Shown here: piece after piece, positions 12,329 through 25,456 of the stretch
Layout of the letters: each line of letters starts with the position of its first letter
Numbering within the stretch: position 1 is the first letter of the stretch
DNA from: Mobula hypostoma
Taxonomy: Eukaryota
Direction of reading: 5' to 3'
Assembly: GCF_963921235.1 (NCBI RefSeq)
Contig: NC_086108.1
Coordinates: forward strand, 112,966,001 to 113,030,000
Length of the DNA stretch: 64,000 nt
Translations under genes and position numbers: made by a program
Notes under the pieces: generated by a model
What the model saw: only the letters and a program-made list of their open reading frames with translations
What the model was told of the DNA's origin: nothing
The model's database searches: none

Positions 12329-13158
12329 GTGCATGTCTGGCTGACGTGTAGTAAGGTCGGTGTGGGAGGTGATGTCAATGCCATGTCTGGCTGGCATGTA
12401 GTAAGGTCAATGTGGGAGGTGATGCCAATGCCACGTCTGGCCGACGTGTAGTAAGATTGCTGTGGGAGGTGATGTCAATGCCATGTCTGGCTGGCATGTA
12501 GTAAGGTCGGTGTGGGAGGTGATGTCAATGCCACGTCTGGCTGGCATGTAGTAAGGTCGGTGTGGGAGGTGATGCCAATGCCACGTCTGGCTGGCGTGTA
12601 GAAAGGACAGTGTGGGAGGTGATGCCAATGCCACGTCTGGCCGACGTGTAGTAAGATTGCTGTGGGAGGTGATGCCAATGCCATGTCTGGCTGATGTGTA
12701 GTAAGGACAATGTGGGAGGTGATGCCAATGCCACGTCTGGCTGATGTGTAGTAAGGTTGGTGTGGGAGGTGATGTCAATGCCATGTCTGGCTGACGTGCA
12801 GTAAGGTCGGTGTGGGAGGTGATGCCAATGCCATGTCTGGCTGACGTGTAGTAAGGTCGGTGTGGGAGGTGATGCCAATGCCATGTCTGGCTGACGTGCA
12901 GTAAGGTCGGTGTGGGAGGTGATGCCAATGCCACGTCTGGCTGGCGTGTAGTAAGGTCAATGTGGGAGGTTATGCCAATGCCACGTCTGGCTGACGTGTA
13001 GTAAGGTCAATGTGGGAGGTGATGCCAATGCCATGTCTGGCTGGCGTGTAGTAAGGTCAATGTGGGAGGTTATGCCAATGCCACGTCTGGCTGACGTGTA
13101 GTAAGGTCGGTGTGGGAGGTGATGCCAATGCCACGTCTGGCTGGCGTGTAGTAAGATT
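12329..13158. repeat. 50-bp minisatellite, about 16 copies
   Basis: TGTGGGAGGT recurs exactly every 50 nt from 12361 to 13111; unit GTGTGGGAGGTGATGCCAATGCCACGTCTGGCTGACGTGTAGTAAGGTCG. Confidence 0.97.
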
Positions 13159-13200
13159 GATCTGGCAGGTGTTGCCAAAGTTGTTTCTGTGGATACTTAC

Positions 13201-13254
13201 AGGTGTCCCAGCCGGACCAGTGATTCCAGCTGGTCCAATCAGTCCGGGATTACC
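13201..13254 (-). CDS. Collagen exon, 54 nt: GNPGLIGPAGITGPAGTP
   Basis: Gly-X-Y x6; acceptor ...gtgaacag, donor gtaagt. Confidence 0.93.
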
Positions 13255-13691
13255 CTGTTCACAACAGAAAAGAAATCAGCATTAACAGAAGAACATAAAC
13301 CGATTGCACAGGCTCTCAACACAAACACATCGACACAGGTACAAAGTGCGATCAAGAACTGGCCACTTGGGACATCCTGTCTGTGCCAGGTTGGTGAGTT
13401 CACAGCTGCTCTGCTCGTAACATTGGCTCCACCTTCCCAGTATTTCACTGCGGGGAGTTGATGGGAATATGGAGGGAATAACACAGAAAGTGTATTAATG
13501 GGCAGTTGATGGTTAGCATGGGCTTGGCGGCCGGAAGGGGCTGTTTCCGTGCTATAAGCCTCTGTTACATTGTGCTTGGTGCTACTGATGGTGTGGCACA
13601 GAGCACATTCACAGTAAAAGCAATACAGCTGGGTGGGTGACAGGTGACCTGACACAACAGAAGCTTCAAACAGGCCAAAAAGTTTACTTAC

Positions 13692-13754
13692 GAATAATCC
13701 CGTCGGGCCCTTGGGACCACGAATTCCTTTAAAACCGACCTCTCCAACTGGACC
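13692..13754 (-). CDS. Collagen exon, 63 nt: GPVGEVGFKGIRGPKGPTGLF
   Basis: Gly-X-Y x7; acceptor ...cttttgacag, donor gtaagt. Confidence 0.93.
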
Positions 13755-14132
13755 CTGTCAAAAGCAACACACAGTGTGGGTTCCCAGCTGATACACACTT
13801 TTGTGACTGTCCACACATTCAGCTCTCGCTCTGTTACCCCGCCACACACCCACAGCTGTCCACGTTGTGTGGCTTCCGTAAAGCTACCAGCTCTTTGGTC
13901 GTTTGGGGCAGAGGCTGTGGTTATTGGGATTCTCCCACTCCCATTAGGTAGAAGGTACAAAAGCCGGAAGACATGTACCACCAAGCTCACGGACAGCTTC
14001 TGCATCACTGTTATCGGACGATTGAACAGTCCCCTATGATGATAAAATGGACTTTTGACCTCGTTATGGGATCACACCTTATTGTCTACCTGAACTATAC
14101 TTTCTTTTTAACTGTAATAATTCTGCTTTCTG

Positions 14133-17100
14133 TGTCATGGTTTCATCTGGCTGTTCCCCTTTGACGCTCCTTCTTCTTCTTCCTCGGGTTTTTACGGCAG
14201 TTGGCATCCACACTGTTGCATTACTGCCATCTTCAGGATTTATTGTCCCTCATTGTCCATTCACTTTAAAGCCATCTTTCCAGTCCCGTTGTCCTTAAAA
14301 AACTAAACAACCATTTCCTCCCCGATCACTCTCCCCACACTCCAATAAACCTTTAACGCCGTTCTCTACCAGTCCTATTTTGCGTAATTGTTGTAAGATT
14401 TGTTGCCTTTCCTGTGCAAATTTCCGGCATGAAATAAGGATATGCTCCACTGTTTCAGTCTCTTGACATAGATCGCAAAAACCTGTTGGAAGTTTATGAT
14501 GGCCAGAGTGCCATTAAGGTTGCTGTGCCCAATTCTCAGTCCACTTATAATTACTTGCTCCTTCCGCTTTACTCCCCTACTTCTTCCCATATCTACTCTG
14601 TTCTGAATTGAATGTAAATGTCTTCCTTTTATTGCTCTATCCCAATGCTGCTGCCACTGTTGATGTATCCTTCTCCACACTATGCTCTTCCCCTCTGATT
14701 TTGATAGTTTAATATTGACCTCTATAGATCCTTTTTTGACTGCTGCTTTTGCCAGCCTATCTGCTGTCTCATTTCCCATAATACCCAAATGTGCTGGAAC
14801 CCACATGAGTGCGATATTTTTGCCTGGTCTAGCCAGTCTTGAATTTACAAACAGGATTTCATAAAGCAGATCCTGGTTGCCTCTAGCTGTACCCGCCTTA
14901 ATGCTCGCAAGGGCCGCCACAGAATCGCTACATATCACAATATTATTACAATCAACCTGCTCACTCCATTCTAGTGCTAACAATATGGCAAACATTTCAA
15001 CTGCATATACACTCAAGCAATCAGGTGCTCTCTTGCTAATTTCCACTCGATAACTTGGTACAATTGCAGACCCTGTTTCACCTGTTTCTGGATCCTTTGA
15101 TCCATCAGTAAAAATCTGTATGCCTTTATATTTACATTCCCTATAACTATGATATTCACTGAGTATATCAGCCGTCTTATTACTGTGCTTAATCTTAAGC
15201 AATTCCAAATCTACAGAGGGATTTTCTAATACCCAGAAAGGTCTGACAGGCCACACCACACTTGGACAAAACTCTTTATTGTATATACCCATATCTTTTG
15301 CTGTTTGCTCTCCTGTCCAGCCAAAACTTTCTTTTTGTGACCTCTCCTTCTCCCAGCATGTCTGCAACACCCTTTTTGTAGGATGGCTATCACCATGCCC
15401 CCTTAAGTTAATCCAGTAATTGTCCTCCAGCTGTTTACGCCGCAGCCCCAGTGGCATTTCATTTGCTTCAACTTGGAGTGCACACACTGGGAAAGTTCTA
15501 ACTGCTTCCAAGCACACCCTTAGAGCCCGAGCTTGCACGATATCCAGTTCTGCCAGCACAGATTTTGCTGCTGACCCATATACAATACTTCCATAGTCTA
15601 ATCTTGATCTTATTAATGCTACATAAATATACTTCAGTGATGCAAAATCAGCACCCCATTCCAATCCAGCAAGACACCTCCTGACATTTATCACATTTTT
15701 ACATTTACTAACTACATATCTAACATGTTCTCTCCATATTAATTTCAGGTCAAAGTGCACTCCCAAAAACCAAAAACTTTCAACTCTTTCCAGGTTACTC
15801 CCATACAGATTCAAATTAAGTCCCCTGAACCTTTTCCTTGTAAAGAACATGGCTTTTGTCTTCTCCACTGAAAATTTAACACCCCACTTTGTCCCCCACT
15901 CTTCAACTTGATTAAATTCCACCTTGCATTTTTGTAACGACATGTTCAATATTTCTCCCTCTTTTCCACAAAGCCCCATCATCTGCAAACAATGACCTTC
16001 CCACTTCCATTGGAATATTTACGAATATATCATTTATCAAAATGGAGAATAAAGTTGGACTCACTACACTCCCCTGAGGCGTCCCGTTTTCTACAACATA
16101 CTGGCTTGATAGCTCTGATCCTATCTTCACCTGAATAGTTCTCCCGTTTAAAAAGTCCTTAAGCCAATTGAACATAGCCCCCCCAATTCCCATTAAATGT
16201 AGCTTGATTAGGAGCCCCTCTTTCCATAACATATCACAAGCTTTCTCAACATCAAAAAAAAACTGCAACCACTGTCTCTTTATTTACTTGAGATTTTCTT
16301 ATTTCATCCTCTAGACACAACACTGGGTGCATAGTATTCCTTCCTTTCCTGAACCCGCTTTGATACATAGCCACCATACCTCTACTTTACAAGAAGTACA
16401 CTAACCTCTCATTTATCATACGTTCCATAAGTTTACATACATGTGACGTCAAGGCAATTGGCCTGTAGTTTTCTGGCCTGCTGGCATCTTTCCCAGGTTT
16501 CCTTATTGGAATAATTATTGCCTCTCTCCAGCTCCCTGGTATTCTCCCTTCATCCCAGACTTTGTTATACAGAAGCAGAAGTTTCTCCAGACTTCCTTCA
16601 CTCAAGTGTTTTATCATACTGTAACACATTTCATCTTTACCTGGCGCAGTCTTTCCTGTTTTATCTAGTGCCTTTCTTAATTCTCCCATGCTGAAAGGGA
16701 CACCTTGCACACCATCAAGGTTAGTTTTCCGACATAAAGCCTCCATATTTTCAGCTTTTGTTTGACGCTCCTTTCTCCCTGATTATGCCCTAATTTCAGT
16801 CATTAGATTTCCAATTGCTGCTAGTTTACCTAATTACAGTCCACCTGGTTTTCATCAGAGACTGTGAGATAAGTACGGTGGCTTCTCTATCACAGGTTGC
16901 CAGTTTGTTGGTTTATTCTCGTGTGATACCTCGTTCTCTTGTCCGCTTAGAACCGTTAGTTCTAAGTTCAGTTTTAAGTTCTGCTCTAGTTTCAAGATAG
17001 TCCCTGTAGATCCCGTCTCCTTGCCAAGATTCCTCCGGTTTGCTGTTCTACATTCACGTCTACGCCAGCATCCCCAACTCAGTCAACGTGCCGGTGTCCT

Positions 17101-17134
17101 GCACTTGGGTTCTCCTCAGTCGCCCCGTGCAACA
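14133..17134. mobile_element. Solo LTR (about 400 bp) interrupted by a LINE
   Basis: TGT...ACA termini, 5-bp TSD TTCTG (14128-14132, 17135-17139); host Rex-type 3' UTR resumes after it. Confidence 0.75.
14173..16760 (-). mobile_element. I/Nimb-type non-LTR retrotransposon (RT + RNase H), 5'-truncated
   Basis: NYRPIALTS, GTPQGSVVSP, LFADD; RNase H motifs IFTDGS, ICSDS, WVPAHLGIMGNETAD; (GAA)n tail; 13-bp TSD TTTGACGCTCCTT (14160-14172, 16761-16773). Confidence 0.88.
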
Positions 17135-17302
17135 TTCTGTTATTGTTTTACCTTGTTCTACCTCAATGCATTGTGTAATTTTTTTTTTGAGATACAGCAA
17201 GGAACAGACCTTTCCAGCCCAACGAGATGCACCATCCAGCAATCCATCTGTTTAAATCTAGCCTAATCACAGGACAATTTACAATGACCAATTAACCTAC
17301 TA

Positions 17303-18300
17303 ACATAGAAAACATAGAAACAAAGAAAACCAGGGCCTTCAGCCCACAATGCTGTGCCGAACATGTCCTTACCATAGAAATTACCTAGGGTTACCCATAG
17401 CCCTCTATTTTTCTAAGCTCCATATACCAATCCAGGAGTCTCTTAAAAGACCCTATCGTATCTGCCTCCACCACCGTCGCCGGCAGCCCATTCCATGCAC
17501 TCACCACTCACTGCTTAAAAAACTTACCCCTGACATCTCCTCTGTACCTGTTTCCCAGCACCTTAAAACTGTGCCCTCTCTGTTGCCATTTCAGCTCTGG
17601 GAAAAGCTTCTGACTATCCACACGATCGATGCTTCTCATCATCTTATACACCTCTATCATGTCACCTCTCATCCTCTGTCGCTCCAAGGAAAAAAGGCCG
17701 TGTTCACTCAACCTATCCTCATAAGGCACGCTCCCTAATCCTGGCAACATCTTTGTAAATCTCCTCTGCACCCTTTCTATGGTTTCCACATCCTTCCTGT
17801 GACCAGAACTGAGCACAGTTCTCCAAGTGGGGTCTGACCAGGGTCCTGTATAGCTGCAACATTACCTCTCAGCTCCTAAACTTAATCCCACAATTGATGA
17901 AGGCCAATGCACCATATGCCTTCTTAACCACAGAGTCAACCTGTGTGAGTGTCCTATGGACTCGGACCCCAAGATCTCTCTGAACCTCCATACTGCTAAG
18001 AGTCTTACAATTAATACTAAATTCTTCCATCATATTTGACTAACCAAAATGAACCACCTCACACTTATCTGGGTTGAACTCCATCTGCCACTTCTCAACC
18101 CAGTTTTGCATCCTATCAATGTCTGGCTGTAACCTCTGACAACCCTCCACACTATCCACAACACCCCTAACCTTTGTGTCATCAGCAAATTTACTAACCC
18201 ATCCTTCCACTTCCTCATCCAGGTCATTTATAAAAATATCAAAGAGTAGAGGTACCAGAACAGACCCCTGAGGCACACTTCTGGTCACCGGCCTCCATCC
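17303..18300 (-). mobile_element. CR1 LINE, 5'-truncated
   Basis: VPQGSVL, KFADDTK, WQMEFNPDKC; CATAGAAA-type repeat tail. Confidence 0.9.
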
Positions 18301-20532
18301 AATGGTCACCAACAGACTTGTTTATTTTTTGGAAAATAAGGAACATTTTGATGCCTATCAAAATGGTTTTAGAATTGGAAGATCAACAATGGAATGTGTT
18401 GCCCTTTTAGATCATGATATTAAAAAAGCATTTCAAAATAGAGAAGTAATGGTAAGTGTATTTCTAGATATTGAAAGAGCATATGACTCACTATGGAAGG
18501 ATGGCTTATTAATTAAACTCTATGATGCGGGAATTAGAGGTAGAAGGTTTAATTGGATCAAAGGTTTCCTTAAGGAAAGGACAATTCAAGTAAGAATAGG
18601 TGGAACAAGCTCCAAGTCAGTTAAAACAGGTAATGGTACCCCTCAAGGAAGTGTCATTAGTCCAGTTCTTTTTACTGTCATGATAAATGATATCTTTGAT
18701 CAGGTAAGGACAGGATTTGGCAAATCATTGTTTGCAGACGATGGTGCAATCTGGAAAAGAGGAAGAAACATCAAGTATATATTAAGGCAGGTACAAAAGT
18801 CTAAGATCAGTTGAAAACTGGGCTAATAAATGGGGTTTCAGGATTTCTGCTTCTAAGTCCAAATATATGATTTTTGGCTTTAGAAGAAAGATTCCTGATT
18901 GTGAATTGTGTCTATATGATTCTCTACTAGAAAGAGTCAAGGTATTCAAGTTTTTAGGTGTCTGGTTTGATGAAAGACTTACTTGGAGGGTTCATATAGA
19001 TAAAACAATTGGCAAGTGTGAGAAAGTTTTAAGTGTTATGAGAAGTATTGCTGGATGCGACTGGGGAGCAGGGGGGGAAACTATGTACTTAATATATCTA
19101 GCTACGATTAGATCAGTTATAGATTATGGTTGTATTGCTTATGGTTCCGCAGCTACGGAGGTGCTTGGAAAACTAGACACTGTGCAGTCCAAAGCACTTA
19201 GACTCTGTTGTGGAGCTTTTAGAACAACATCAGTCCCGGCATTATGTGTGGAGATGGGAGAAGTGCCTCTACATTTAAGACGAGTTCAGTTGGGCTGGCA
19301 GTATTGGGTAAAACTAAATGGATTCAATCACAGCTGTCCATCAAAGTGTCTTTTGCAGGGGAAGTGGGAGCACCAAAGTAAAATTAAAAGATATCCATTT
19401 TTAGATTTGGTTAATAACTGGGCCGTGAAATTGAAACTGACTGCTGAAGACATAGTTGACCAAATTTGCTTGCCACCCGTCCCTTTTTGGCTCTTTCCAG
19501 AACCAGAAGTAGACCTATTTCTCCTTTTTCAGCTTCAAGGAAGCAGAGCAATTTCATCAGCGTTGATCACAAATGAGTATTTAAATAATAAATGGGGATC
19601 TTATCTGAAGATTTTTACTGATGGCTCAGTGGACCCAGAGAGCAGTAGGGCAGGATTTGGGATGTATGTGTCTCAACTTGGAGTTAAGATTGGTAACCGG
19701 GTTTCAGATGGTGTTTCTGTCTTTGCAACAGAATTATTAGCAATCCTCTGGGCCGTATGGTGGATAGAAGACTCTCGACTACGGAGGGTTATCATCTGTT
19801 CAGATTCTGCTGCTGCCTTAGAGTCTATAAAAGTGAGTAAGTCAAAAGCTCGTCCTGACATAGTTATTGAGATTCTCTTAGTGTTGTTTAGAGTAGGTAA
19901 GATGGGTTGTGCAGTTAGATTTTCATGGATACCTGGACATGCTGGGGTGGAGGGAAATGAAATTGTGGATGGCATTGCAAAGTCTTCCTTACAGAGCAGG
20001 CAAGTAGAAATTAGAGTTCCCCTAGGCAGAGCAGAATTGAGAAGTAGGATTAAAAAAGGTATAGAGAAGAAGTGGCAGGAGGATTGGAAAAATGAATTAA
20101 AGGGCAGGCATTATTTTTCTAGTCACCCACTAGTTAAAAAGGTCTCAGACTATTACCTTTTAAATCGTAGAGATGTGGTGAAATTAACAAGACTTAGGTT
20201 GGGGCATTGTGGGCTAAACTATTATTTAAAGATAATAGGAAAACATCCTACTGGATCATGTGACTGTGGTAGTCCAGAGACAGTCCAGCATGTTTTGCTG
20301 AGCTGTAATCGATACAAAACTGAAAGAAGCATGTTGTTCAAGAGGCTATCTGGCTTAAATGTATTTTGGTTTTCTATTAAATCTTTGTACGGACATCAAG
20401 AGAACCAACATCTGATTGAAGAGTCTATTATTCAGTATATACATGTGACTAGGTTGTATTCGATAACTTGAAGTTCGATAATTAATTATACACCCTGCGG
20501 AGAGCAGTAATACGCCTAGATATGTCTAAACA
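18301..20532 (+). mobile_element. I/Nimb-type non-LTR retrotransposon (RT + RNase H + CCHC), 5'-truncated
   Basis: ORF 18302..18814 (QNGFR, FLDIERAYD, GTPQGS, LFADD) and ORF 18867..20471 (IFTDGS, ICSDS, WIPGHAGVEGNEIVD, CDCGSPETVQHVLLSC). Confidence 0.9.
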
Positions 20533-21042
20533 GGAGGAGGGGGAGGAGGAGGGGGAGGGGAGAGGAGGAGGAGGGGGAGGAGGAGGAGGGGGAGGGGGAG
20601 GAGGAGGGGGAGGAGGAGGGGGGAGGGGGAGGGGGGAGGGGGAGGAGGAGGAGGAGGGGGGAGGGGAGGGGGGAGGGGGAGGGGAGGGGGGAGGGGGAGG
20701 GGGGAGGGGGAGGAGGAGGAGGAGGGGGAGGGGAGGAGGAGGGGAGGAGGGGGAGGGGAGGAGAGGGAGGGGGAGGAGGGGGAGGAGGAGGGGGAGGGGG
20801 AGGGGGAGGAGGGGAGGGGGAGGGGGGGGAGGGGAGGGGGAGGAGGAGGGGGAGGAGGAGGGGGAGGAGGAGGGGGAGGAGGAGGAGGGGAGGAGGGGGA
20901 GGGGAGGGGGAGGAGAGGAGGGGGAGGAGGGGGAGGGGGAGGAGAGGAGGGGGAGGAGGGGGAGGGGGAGGAGGGGGAGGGGGAGGAGGGGGAGGGGAGG
21001 GGAGGGGGAGGGGGAGGGGAGGGGGAAGGGAGGGGGAGGAGG
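20533..21042. repeat. About 510-bp pure G/A low-complexity tract
   Basis: Only G and A (GGA/GGGGA units). Confidence 0.95.
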
Positions 21043-21044
21043 TG

Positions 21045-23810
21045 TGACGTGCTCAGGTCACTCTGGGAGTGACCGCAGGAGTTTGGGCTGTATGGCGACT
21101 CTCCTAAAGGTGAGCTTGGCCCAAGGCTTTGGAGCTTTACCAGTGACCAATCTGAGCATCAGAAGTTTTGAGAGGAGGGGATGTTAATCAGGCCCACTGC
21201 AAGGGTACAAAAGGCAGCAGCAGGTCACTGCAGCAAAAAAGAACTTTGACCAGTGACTGAGAAAGTTTTGAGAGAAGGATATTTCACTCAGGTCCACTGA
21301 CCGAGTAGAAAAAGCAACAATAGGTTGCTACAGCCATATTGGGACTTCAATATGCAGGTAGATTGGGAAAATAAGGTTGGTACTGGATTCCAGGAGGGGG
21401 AATTTCTAAAGTGCGTATGAGACGGCTTTTTAGAGCAGCTTGTGGTTGAGTCCACTAGGGGGTCAGATCTTTTGGGATTGGTTGTTGTGCAATGAACCAG
21501 AATTGATCAGAAAGCTTAAGGCAAAAGAACCCTTAGGGGAAACTGATCATAATATGGTCACATTCACCCTGAAATTTGAGAAAGAGAAGATAAAGTCAGA
21601 TGTATCAGTATTACATTAGAGTACTGGGAATTACGGAGGAAATGGACAGAATTGATTGGAAAAAAACACTGGCAGGGATGACATCACAGCAGCAATAGCT
21701 GGAATTTCTGGAGGCAATTTGGAAGGCACAGGATATATACATTCTAAAAGAAAGATGACACAACCGTGGCTAACAAGAAAAGCCAAAGCTAACATAAAAG
21801 CCAAAGAGAGGACATATAATGAGGCAAAAAATAGTGGGAAGTTGAAAGATTTGGAAGATTTTAAAAGCCAACAGAAGGCAATTGAGAAATTCATTAAGAA
21901 GATAAAGATGGGATACAAAAGTAAGTTACCAAATAATATTAAAGAGGACACCAAAAGTTTCTCCAGATACATAAAGTGTAAGATGGGTGAGAGTGGATAT
22001 TGGACCACTAGAAAATGATGCTAGAGAGATAGTTATAGGGGACAAGGAAATGTCAAACAAACTGAATAAGTATTTTACATCAGTCTTCATTGTAGAAGAC
22101 ACTAGCAGTATGGTGGGAGTTTCAGGTGTCAGGGGTCATGAAATGAGTGAAGTTACCACTACTAGAGAGAAAGTTCTTGGAAAATTGAAAAGTCTGAAGC
22201 TAGCTAAGTTACCCGGACCAGATGGTGTACACCCCAGAGTTCTGATAGAAGTAAACACAAAATAATCTGTAGATGCTGGGATCAAAGCAACACTCACAAC
22301 ATGCTGGAGGAACTCAGCAGGTCGAGCAGCATAGTGGCTAAAGAGATTGTGGAGGCATTAGTTATGATTTTTCAAAAATCACTATATTCTGGAATGGTTC
22401 TGGAAAAGTGGAAAATTGCAAATGTCACTCTGCCCTTCAAGAAGGTAGAGAGGCTGAAGAAAGGAAACTATAGGCCAGTCAGTCTGACCTCAGTGGTTGG
22501 GAAGATGTTGGAGTCGATTATTAACAGGGTACTTGGAGGCACATGATAAAATCGGCATTGTTTCCTCAAGGGAAAATCTTGCCTGACAAATCAATTGGAA
22601 TTCTTTGAAGAAATAGCGAGCAGGATAGACAATGGAGAGTCAAGGGATTTTGTGTACTTGGAAAAGGTGCCACACATGAATCTCCTTAATAAGCTACGAT
22701 ACAATCAATTACAAGCTGATATACAGTCCATGGTATTAGAGGAAAGTTTCTCGCATGGATAAAGCAGTGGCTGATTGGCAGGAAGCAAAGAGTGGGAATA
22801 ACGGGAGTCTTTTCTGGTTGGCTGCTGGTGACTAGTGGTGTTCCACAGGGATCTGTGTTGGGACTGATCTTTTTCATATTAAATATCAATGATTTGGATG
22901 ATTGGATTGATGGCTTTGCAGATGATATGAAGATAGGTGGAGGGGCAGGTAATTCTGAGGAAGTAGAGAGGTTACAGAAAGATTTAGATTAGGAGAATGG
23001 GGACAGAAATGGCAAGTGGAACATAGTGTTAGGAAGTGTATGGTCACGCACTTTCGTAGATGAAATGAAAGGGTCAACTATTTTCTAAATGGGGAGAAAA
23101 TATGCAAAAAATGTGAGGCAAAGGGACTTGGGAGTCCTTGTGCAGGATTCCTTGAAGGTTAAATTGCAGGTTGAGTCTGTGGTGAGGAAGGCAAACACAA
23201 TGTTAGCATTCATTCCAAGAGGACTAGATTATGTTGAGACTTTTTAAAGCACTAGTGAAGTCTCACTTGGAATATTGTGAGCAGTTTTGGGCCCCTTATC
23301 TTAGAAAGGATGTGTTGAAACTGGAGAGGGTTCAAAGGAGGTTCATGAAAAAAAATTCCAGGATTGAATGGCTTGTCATATGAAGAGCATTTGATGGCTC
23401 TGGGTCTTTATTCACTAATATTCAAAAGAATGAGGGGGTGACCTCATTGAAACCTATTGAATTGTGAGAGGCCTTGATAGAGTGGATGTGGAGAGGATGT
23501 TTCCTATGGTGGGAGATACTCAGAGGACACAACCTCAGAGTAGAGGGGCATCCTTTTAGAATGGAGATGAGGAGGATTTTTTTTTTGCCAGAGAGTGGTG
23601 AATCTGTGAAATTCTTTGCCACAGGCAGCTGTGGAGGCCAAGTCTTACGTATATTTAAGGCAGAGGTTGATAGAGTCTTGGTTGGGCAGGATATGAAGGG
23701 ATATAGAGAGAAGGCAGGAGATTGGGGCACTGAGGTAAATAGGAAATGGTAGAGCAGATTAAGTGAGTCCAATGGCCTAATTCTGCTCCTATGTCTTATG
23801 GTCTTAAGGT
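21045..23810 (+). mobile_element. Degenerate CR1 LINE
   Basis: Fragmented endonuclease-RT ORFs (PGPDGVHPRVL, NYRPVSLTS, GVPQGSVLG) and CR1 3' tail. Confidence 0.85.
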
Positions 23811-24319
23811 GTCTGGCCCAAATGGAGGTAAGGCAGCAGGTGGCAGTGGCTGGAGGAGGGACAAATCCACCGAGTATATGTCCCAGGCAGAATTGGCTCA
23901 CATTGTAGAGTTGGGCTTGGGACCTGATGTGGATTGGAAGGTCAGGAGGCAAAGAACTGGGTTGGTTAGTGATGGTTGTCTGTATCACAACTTGCCACGA
24001 TTCAGTGACAATCCGCACCCAACACCAAATTGTGGGAATTTGTGACATGGACGACAATCAATACTCATTACTACCATCAGGGAGGAGGTACAGAAGCCTG
24101 TAAAGGAGGTAAAGTATTGTTTTAGTTGACTGGATCCTGTTGTATCCATAGATACATTTTTTCACCATCCACCACACCATCAATGTTATGATGGTCTAGT
24201 TGAGACCACAATGAAGGACCCTCACCACCGAGGACATGTCCTCTTCTCAGTTCTACCATCAAGGAGGAGATACAGGAACCAGGCACTTTGTGGTAGTCAA
24301 ATACCGGGTGAATAAGTAG

Positions 24320-24960
24320 TGTACGGGTCTCTTCTTTGTATGTTAAATTTAAAATGGCTTCTTTGTTATGTTAATCTTTTAAATTGCTGCATATGTGGAT
24401 TAAAATGGCTTCTATGTTATGTTAAATGCTGAGAAAGTCTCTAGCTAGACATTTGCTTGGGTTAATACAGACAGCAGGGGAATATTAGCCAATGGGTGGT
24501 CATGTATCGTTTCTTGGGGTGATAATGCTGTCTCATATGACTGGGAACGGGGGTTTTTGGCGGGGAGTCAGAGGAGAGACGGGGAGGACGGCGGACGTGC
24601 GGAAGGCTCCGGTCCATCACTCTGGGTGGTCCTGAGCCGTGAGTCGACAGGATCTGGGTGGTCGTCAGGAATTTCTGAGCTCCAACGGTTGTGCACGAAG
24701 ATTTTGGACTTTGATAAGTTTGGCGCCTTTTTTTTTCGCATTACTTTCTTTCCTGTATCGAATTTATATTAATTTAATAGACTTAGTAATATCTATAAAG
24801 TGTGCTTGGTAAAACGGACTGGGTGTGCTGGCTGATGATTGATGTTTGGGAATGATTCGGGCGTCAGTGGTGCAGCAACCGACCCAGCGGGAAGCGTTCA
24901 GGCCGGTGCCGGGTGGGATCTCCCCTAGACATATACGAGCCAATATAACTGAGCATTACA
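24320..24960 (+). mobile_element. Solo Gypsy-type LTR
   Basis: TGTA...TACA termini, 4-bp TSD GTAG (24316-24319, 24961-24964); homologous to the LTR at 31357-32082. Confidence 0.85.
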
Positions 24961-25456
24961 GTAGTCTTTGGGGTACTGCAAGTGTGTGTCCTTGCTGTTG
25001 CTTTGCTGCACGCTTGAGTGCTCGGTGGTGGGTGCCGATGCTTTTATTTTGCCAGTGGGGGGGGGATCATTGCTTGCTGTTGCTCATGCGCAGGAGGGAG
25101 GGGAGCTGGGTAGACTTTGGGGTTCTAACATTTATCTGTCATTCATTCTTTGGGGGCACTCCTCTGTTTTCGTGGATAGTTGTGAAGAAAAAGAATTTCA
25201 GGATGCATATACATTTCTCTGACATTAAATGTACCTTTGAAACCTTTGAAGACACACACTCAAAGTTTCAGAAACAGCTTCTTCCCTCTGCTATCAGATT
25301 TCTCAATGGTCCATGAACACTATCTCAGTTTTTTTTTTGCACTACTTTTTAAAAATATATTTCTTACTATAAATGATAGTAATTTTTATGTATTGCACTG
25401 TACTGCTGCTGCAAAATGATAAATGCCATGACATATTTCAAATTTGAAGATCATAA

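Noticed and set aside
12329..13158. CRISPR-like regularity of the tandem arrays (also 32864-34379, 35276-35735, 40685-41585)
   Set aside because: Units are contiguous with no unique spacers; no cas genes; eukaryotic intron context.
18867..20471. 534-aa ORF as a domesticated host gene
   Set aside because: Part of a 5'-truncated, frameshifted LINE with its 3' tail; no evidence of exaptation.
20522..21187. 221-aa Gly/Glu/Arg-rich ORF
   Set aside because: Translation of the G/A tract; no splice or codon evidence.
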